DNA from: the human T2T-CHM13v2.0 reference genome, Homo sapiens | Direction: 5' to 3' (one strand) | DNA length: 64,000 bases | Assembly: GCF_009914755.1 (NCBI RefSeq) | Contig: NC_060942.1 | Part shown: one piece after another, positions 55,599 through 64,000 of the stretch | Layout: every line of letters begins with the position of its first letter | Position numbering within the stretch: the first letter of the stretch is position 1 | The notes under the pieces: generated by a model | What the model was told of the DNA's origin: nothing | The model's database searches: none | What the model saw: only the letters and a program-made list of their open reading frames with translations | Position numbers and translations under genes: made by a program

Positions 55599-56961
55599 AC
55601 AGAGAATCTGATCTTACAAATTTGTAAATAGCCAGAGAAGAGATCACCTAGTTTAACATTGACCACGTAGATACCACTTTCAAGGGCCTAAAATAGAACC
55701 ACTGATGGCGGGCCATAGAGGCAAGAGGAAAATGTGAGATGCTGACTTTTGATGTTCATTAATTTTTTTTTAGTACAAAATGTTTGTCAAATGAGTAAAT
55801 CAACAAATAGGCTGTAATTATCTAATGTAGGCCCCTAACTATATGTTTAATGGATCAGAAGATCGACTTCTGGGAGGGACCAAGTGATCAGAGTGAAATG
55901 GCGGCGGGGCAGCTATAACAGAGACCTATGCATGCAAAGACGTGACCAGCTGCCCTGGGGTAGGGATGGGGCAAAACCCCACAAAGAGCCCTTAAATGAA
56001 AATGCCTCAAAAATGGCATGGGTTTTGAATCAGGATCTTTAAAGGTAATTGTGTAGAATAATCCCATATAACATAGTGGCCACACAACGTCAGGAAAAGT
56101 TGTGGGGGTAGCAGAGATGGGTGAGCTCCTCTGCTGCCCATGTGGTTCCTTTCTCCCTTGAATAGCGCTAGGACAGACCTGGTCACTTCTCTCTTGAGAG
56201 GGAACGTGGGCCTCTAGACCCCCTCTCCCAGTGGAATGAACACGTAAGGCTTGTCTTTCACAATAGGAAGGAAAGCTCGAGCTGGGACCTCAGGTTCTGT
56301 GATTGCCACTCAGGAAACCACCTTTGCAAAGACTGTAACAGTGAGAAAATTATGACAGTGAAAGTGATCTGACCTGACTCCATTTTCCCTTTAACCTTCA
56401 AGCTGCCCTTGTTCATTCCTGGGCAGAGGCCAAAGTAACTTTGGGAGGAATTTAGTTTATACTTTAACAAACACAGATGGTAACAGCCCCTCTCCAAAAC
56501 AAAGCACCTCCTTACTTGGGGATCAGACCACCTTTGTAAAACCAACAACTTGGCCACAGGATTAGAAATTATGGCTCAGGTGTCATGCAGCCAGAGGCCA
56601 TGATATTCCTACCTCCCCACTTGCTCCCATAGATAACATTACTAGTGTAAATCCTAAGACTAGTGTTTGAGGTATTTTTCAGACCCTGTATTCTGATGGA
56701 TCAGCTGGTACCACCCAGACTGGTAAAACTGGATCATCTGGTCTTGTGGCCTTCACCCAGGAACAGACTCAGTGCAAGAGGACAATTTAGTCTCCCTGAT
56801 TCCATCCCTGACTCTACTAATAATAAACAATCCCTATTTCCTAGCCCCCTGCATTCTAAACTATTAAAACAAACAAACAACAAAAAAAACCCAGGCCTCC
56901 AAATTTTCAGGGAGGCTGATTTGAGTAATAATAAAACTCCAGTCTCCCATTTAGCCAGTTC

Positions 56962-57512
56962 TGTCAGAGATGTGTGAACCAGAGCAGCTCCATCTTGAAT
57001 AGGAGCTGGGTAAAAATAAGGCTGAAACCTACTGGGCTGCATTCCCTGATGGTTAAGGCATTCTAAGTCACAGGATGAGATAGGAGGTTAGCACAGGATA
57101 GATAGGAGGTTAGCACAGGATACAGGTCATAAAGACCTTGCTGATAAAGCAGCCTGAAATAAAGAAGCCAACTAAATCCTACCAAAACCAAGATGGCGAC
57201 AAGAATGACTTCTGGCCTTCCTCACTGTTACACTCCCACCAGTGCCATAACAGTTTACAAATGCCATGGCAATGTCAGGAAGTTGCCTATTTATATGGTC
57301 TAAAAAGGGGAGCATGGATAACCACCCCCATAAAAAGGGGCAACCAGCAGCCCTTGGGGCTGCTCTGTCTATGGAGTAGCCATTCTTTTATTCTTCTACT
57401 TTCTTAATAAACAGGCTTTCACTTTACTCTATGGACTTGCCCTGTATTATTTCTTGCGTGAGATCCAAGAACCCTCTGTTGGGGTCTGGATTGGGACCCC
57501 TTTCCGGTAACA
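56962..57512 (+). mobile_element. MER41 (MER41A-like) solo LTR
   Basis: tgtcagag...tgaaccagagcagctccatcttgaatagg ... ccctttccggtaaca; flanks gttc/gctc. Confidence 0.9.
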
Positions 57513-57535
57513 GCTCTATGTATAATAAACTCTTT

Positions 57536-60073
<2,538 letters not shown>

Positions 60074-61227
60074 TTACATGCACACACCAGCTGGGGCACA
60101 GGTCCTGCCCTGCTCACTTGCTCTTGCCTCTGTGAGAGCTGGGAGTGTTCTCCCGGAACAATGCCCTGTACTTCTCCACCCAGGCTGTGCCTTCTCCCAG
60201 GAGGTAAGCTGAAGGCTTTACGTGGTTATTAACTTGAGCCCAAAGGTGCTTGGAAAAACATTATTTTTTATTAAAACAAATATAGTCATAAAGGAAGGAG
60301 GACACAACATTCAATAGAATTTAAAAGCTATAAAATATTACACTTCAAAGAAATTACACCTGCGGGCCAGCTAATTTGGATGAAGCCCCCAGACCCTTTG
60401 ACGGGCACACAGGCATCCTCCTGTGCCATTTAGGAGCATTTCCTGGAAACTGTGAGAATCCCCTTCACTTCATGAAGAGGACACAGAGGCTTGCTCATGA
60501 GCAGAATCTGAGCCAGAACAGTGTCCTTCTAGAACCCCACCCCTGGACACAAGGCCCCTCTAATACCAGCGTACCCTGATTACTATCATGCCAGAGTCTT
60601 TGAGACATTCTTTCTAATTTTAAGATAGAACCTCTTTGTGTCTTGTTAAAGAAATTTCAAATTTCAGCCAGATGGGAGTGGGCACATTAGGACAGTGGAC
60701 CTTTCCCGCAGCCCTGAAATCGGTGCAGCCGCCAAGCCACCCTCTGTCGTGCTTTGTCACTTCTGCAGGATCCAGGGCACCCTGATTCCCTCCTGAGGAC
60801 CGACCCCCTGTGGCTACTGACCCTTCTGCCAACAAAAGGATTCACGGTTTGCTTGGGCTCTTATTAATTCTGCATCCCTGGTGGGGAAAAAAACCAGAAA
60901 CAAGAGCTGGGCATTATTCAGGGTCTTAATTAGGCCTGGCCTCTGCCCAGCAGGACGCCATTTGCATAGACAATGTGACTCCATTGATATTCATGAATTC
61001 AAAAACAGAAGCTGCCCAAATGAGGAGTGTTTTATCTCCAAGACCTCACATGCTCCGTTAAAAAAGGCTTCTTCAGGCCTGCTTCATTGCCTGGAAATAA
61101 ATATGGGGGTGGCCCCAGCGGGGGTCAGTCTAGGGGCTGTGGCAGTAGGGGAGGGGGACAGGACTCCTGGTCCTCTCTCTAGACGTGCAGGCTTTCAGAG
61201 AAGGTTGGTAATATACAGGGTCAGCTC

Positions 61228-61925
61228 TGTGTGCGTGTGTTGTGTGTATGTGTTGTGTGTGTGGTTTGTGGTTGTGTGATGTGTATACGTATGTGTGGTG
61301 TGTGTGTGCTGTGTGTGTGTGTGGTATGTGTGTGGTATGTTCGTGTGGTGTGTATGTGTATGTGTGTATTGTCTGTGGTGTGTGTGTTGTGTGTGTTGTG
61401 TGTATGTGTATGTGTGTGGTGTGTGTGGTGTGTGGGGGTGTGTGTGATGTGTGTGAGGTGCATGTATGAGGTGTGTGTGTGTGTGTATGTGGTGTGTGTG
61501 TGGTGTGTTGTATGTGTGGTGTGTGTGGGGGTGTGTAATGCGTATGTGTGTGGTGTATGTGTGGTGTGTGGGGTGTGTGGGGTGTGTGGTGTGTGTGTTG
61601 TATGTGTGGTGTGTGTATGTGTGGTGTGTGTGTGGTGTGTGTTGTGTGTTTATGTGGGGTGTGTGTGGTGTGTGGTTTGTGTGTGGTGTGGTGTGTTTGT
61701 GCATATGGTGAGTGTTGTGTGTTTGTGTGTGGTGTGTGTGTGGTATGTGTGTTGTATGTGGTGTGTGTTTGTATGTAATCTGTGTGGTATGTATGTGTGG
61801 TGTGGGGGTGTGTGTGGGGTGTGTGTTTGTGTTGTGGGTGTGTTTATGTGTATGGTGAGTGTTGTTTGTGTGGTGTGTGTGTGTATGGTGAGTGTTGTTT
61901 GTGTAGGGGGTGTGTATGTGTGTTT
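61228..61925. repeat. ~700-bp complex (TG)n / (GTGTG)n low-complexity tract
   Basis: Direct reading. Confidence 0.95.
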
Positions 61926-62236
61926 TTTGGCTGTGGAGTCCTCTGATTTAGGTTCCATAAACATGGAGTCTGGCCCAGAGGCCCTTCTGAGGCCCCTTAC
62001 TCCTCCCATGTACCATCAGCATTCATGTGGTCACAAACTGTCCCCTTGTAAGGAATGGGAAAGTGGTTTAGATAGAAAAATGTCCTAACCTATCTTTAAG
62101 GCAGTGGCCTATTTACTGTGATGCTAATGCAGCAAATGAATCAGCCTCCTGATCCTTCACTTGCATGAGCCCTTTCCAAGTCCCTAGATCAATTATTTAC
62201 AATTTTGTGTTCTTTTCTTTAAAAAGGACCCAAATT

Positions 62237-62530
62237 TGCCAGGCATGGTGGCTCATGCCTATAACGCCAGCACTCTGGGAGGCCGAGGCAGGAAGATCAC
62301 TTGAGGCCAGGAGTTGTAGGCCAGCCTGGGCAACATACAGAGACCCTGTCTCTACGAGAAAATTTTTTTTAATTAGCCAGGTGTGGTGGTGAGCACCTGT
62401 AGTCCCAGTTACTTTGGAGGCTGGATCACTTGAGCCCGGGAGGTCAAGGCTGCAGTGAGCCGTGATTGCACCACTGCCCTCCAGCCTGGACAACAGAGGG
62501 AGACCATGTCCTTTAAAAAAAATAAAACAG
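62237..62530 (+). mobile_element. Alu (AluJ-like)
   Basis: Dimeric Alu with a small deletion in the right arm. Confidence 0.92.
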
Positions 62531-63634
62531 AAAGGAAAGAAAGAAGCCCAAATTGCATAAGAGTCAAGCCACACAAAACTTGGGTCTGTCCCTGCTGGAG
62601 GGCACTGTGGTTCTGTGTGTGGTAGGGTTGACTTGTGGGTTAAATCTTTTCTTTTTTGAAGAAAACTTAAGAGGACAGACACTGGGAAGAGCGGGGCTTG
62701 GGGAAAAAAGGAGCCAGTTCCCATATCATGAAAGCTTAACTCAGTCCAGATGGCTGTCTGTGTAATTAACAGAAAAGCAATTGTAAGTGTGTACTGAAGT
62801 GTGTTAAGCATTTCTTGAGAAAGAGCAGAAAGTGTTATACTTTACACATGGTCTTCCAAATGTACCACCCAAGGGAAACTATTTTTCCCATTTTGTGAGT
62901 TAACAGGTGCAATGCAGACAAGAATTTCTTCCTTCTTCCTTCTCCCAGTTTTTACTCATAGGTAAATAGCTGCTCTGTCTGAAAGTTCCAACATGCACTA
63001 GCTAAGCCCTTTTTCTGTCCATTTAAGCATGCAAATATGATCTCAACCAGACAAAACAGAGCTGCAAACACAAGCTCCAGGCTCCCCAAAATTTGCTTGG
63101 GCCAGTAAATATTTAGGCAAAGAGCAGATAAAAGTGGGTGTGATTTATCTCTGGAGGATTCCAGGAAGCAGGTACTATGTTACTATGTTTCTGATCACCC
63201 AATCCACTCTTCCCTATTACATTGCCATATTTTATTTTCATCATGGGACTAATCGCCTTGTGATATCTCTTGTTCTGTTCTATTTGCTTACTGTTTAGAC
63301 AATGTAATAGCTATGAGAGTAGATATCCTTTCTTTTCTATTTAACATGGTAGATTCATTTATTGGCTGGATTAATCCATACACCCATCCATCCATCCATT
63401 CATTTATTTAAAGAATATTTATCTTCTTAAATATTAAATATAATATTATTATATTATATAATATTAAATATCCTACCCAGCAAGGGGTAGGATAGCAGCC
63501 GTGTGAGCCCTCATGGAGCTTACAGACTGAGAGATCAGCTGAAACACTTGCCCTACTGTTCCTTCTCACTCTCTCGTCCCTCCCAGTCCCCAACGAGTCA
63601 GGAGTGTGACACAAGGCAGGGTAAACACACTTAC

Positions 63635-63723
63635 TCAGGTACTTCTCCAAAGCCTTCCAGAGGCTGTGCTTCAGCAGCGTAGATCTTGGCATAATACCTG
63701 GCAGTATTTTGAACATAGCATTC
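63635..63723 (-). CDS. ALPK2: ALPK2 internal coding exon (fourth from last, 89 nt): [29 protein letters not shown](E)
   Basis: Minus strand reads ...tttggcgatatag|GAATGC...GTACCTGA|gtaagt; 29 codons + GA, completed by G of the next exon to Glu. Not in the ORF track; found by reading. Matches alpha-kinase helix-C region of ALPK2 as recalled. Confidence 0.95.
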
Positions 63724-64000
63724 CTATATCGCCAAAATACATAGAAAGCCCCAGTGACTACAGGAAATTCAGACAGTATTGCCCAGTAAGACTATTCAGG
63801 AGATTTCCCAGTAAGGTAAAGCCAATGAACTGACAAGCCCATCCCCTGGTTGGGGTCACAGAGGCAACGATTATTAGAACCTAGAGTTGGCCACTTAGTG
63901 AGGAGCTCTGAGACGTGAAGGAACTGTCCGGGTGGAGATCAAGTGGTCTCCAGGACCAGGTGTCCCTGAACTATAAAATTTCTCGAGCCGGCAGGGCCGA

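Noticed and set aside
61195-62088. Cys/Val- and His/Thr-rich ORFs (up to 285 aa)
   Set aside because: Translations of a TG microsatellite.

Overview
Primate (human-like) genomic DNA, roughly half interspersed repeats. The only protein-coding sequence is the 3' end of ALPK2 (alpha-kinase 2) on the minus strand. It consists of four GT-AG exons (63635-63723, 52580-52797, 46702-46750, 30476-30692) that splice in frame into the C-terminal alpha-kinase domain, followed by a ~570-nt 3'UTR with an ATTAAA signal near 29920. Positions 1-29900 lie downstream of ALPK2; from recalled human gene order (chr18q21) MIR122 should sit just left of position 1, but its hairpin is not in the window. The rest is Alu, L1, L2, MIR, LTR and DNA-transposon relics; subfamily names come from recalled consensus sequences and old-repeat boundaries are approximate. 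I found no convincing new biological system. The most unusual observations are: short locally templated direct/inverted duplications beside dinucleotide tracts (3.7-4.8, 21.9-22.3 and 27.2-27.8 kb), two nested LTR stacks (LTR12C in LTR9; MER41 plus L1PA in LTR8A), candidate antisense exons downstream of LTR12C, CTCF-like motifs, and exon phases that would allow kinase-dead ALPK2 isoforms.
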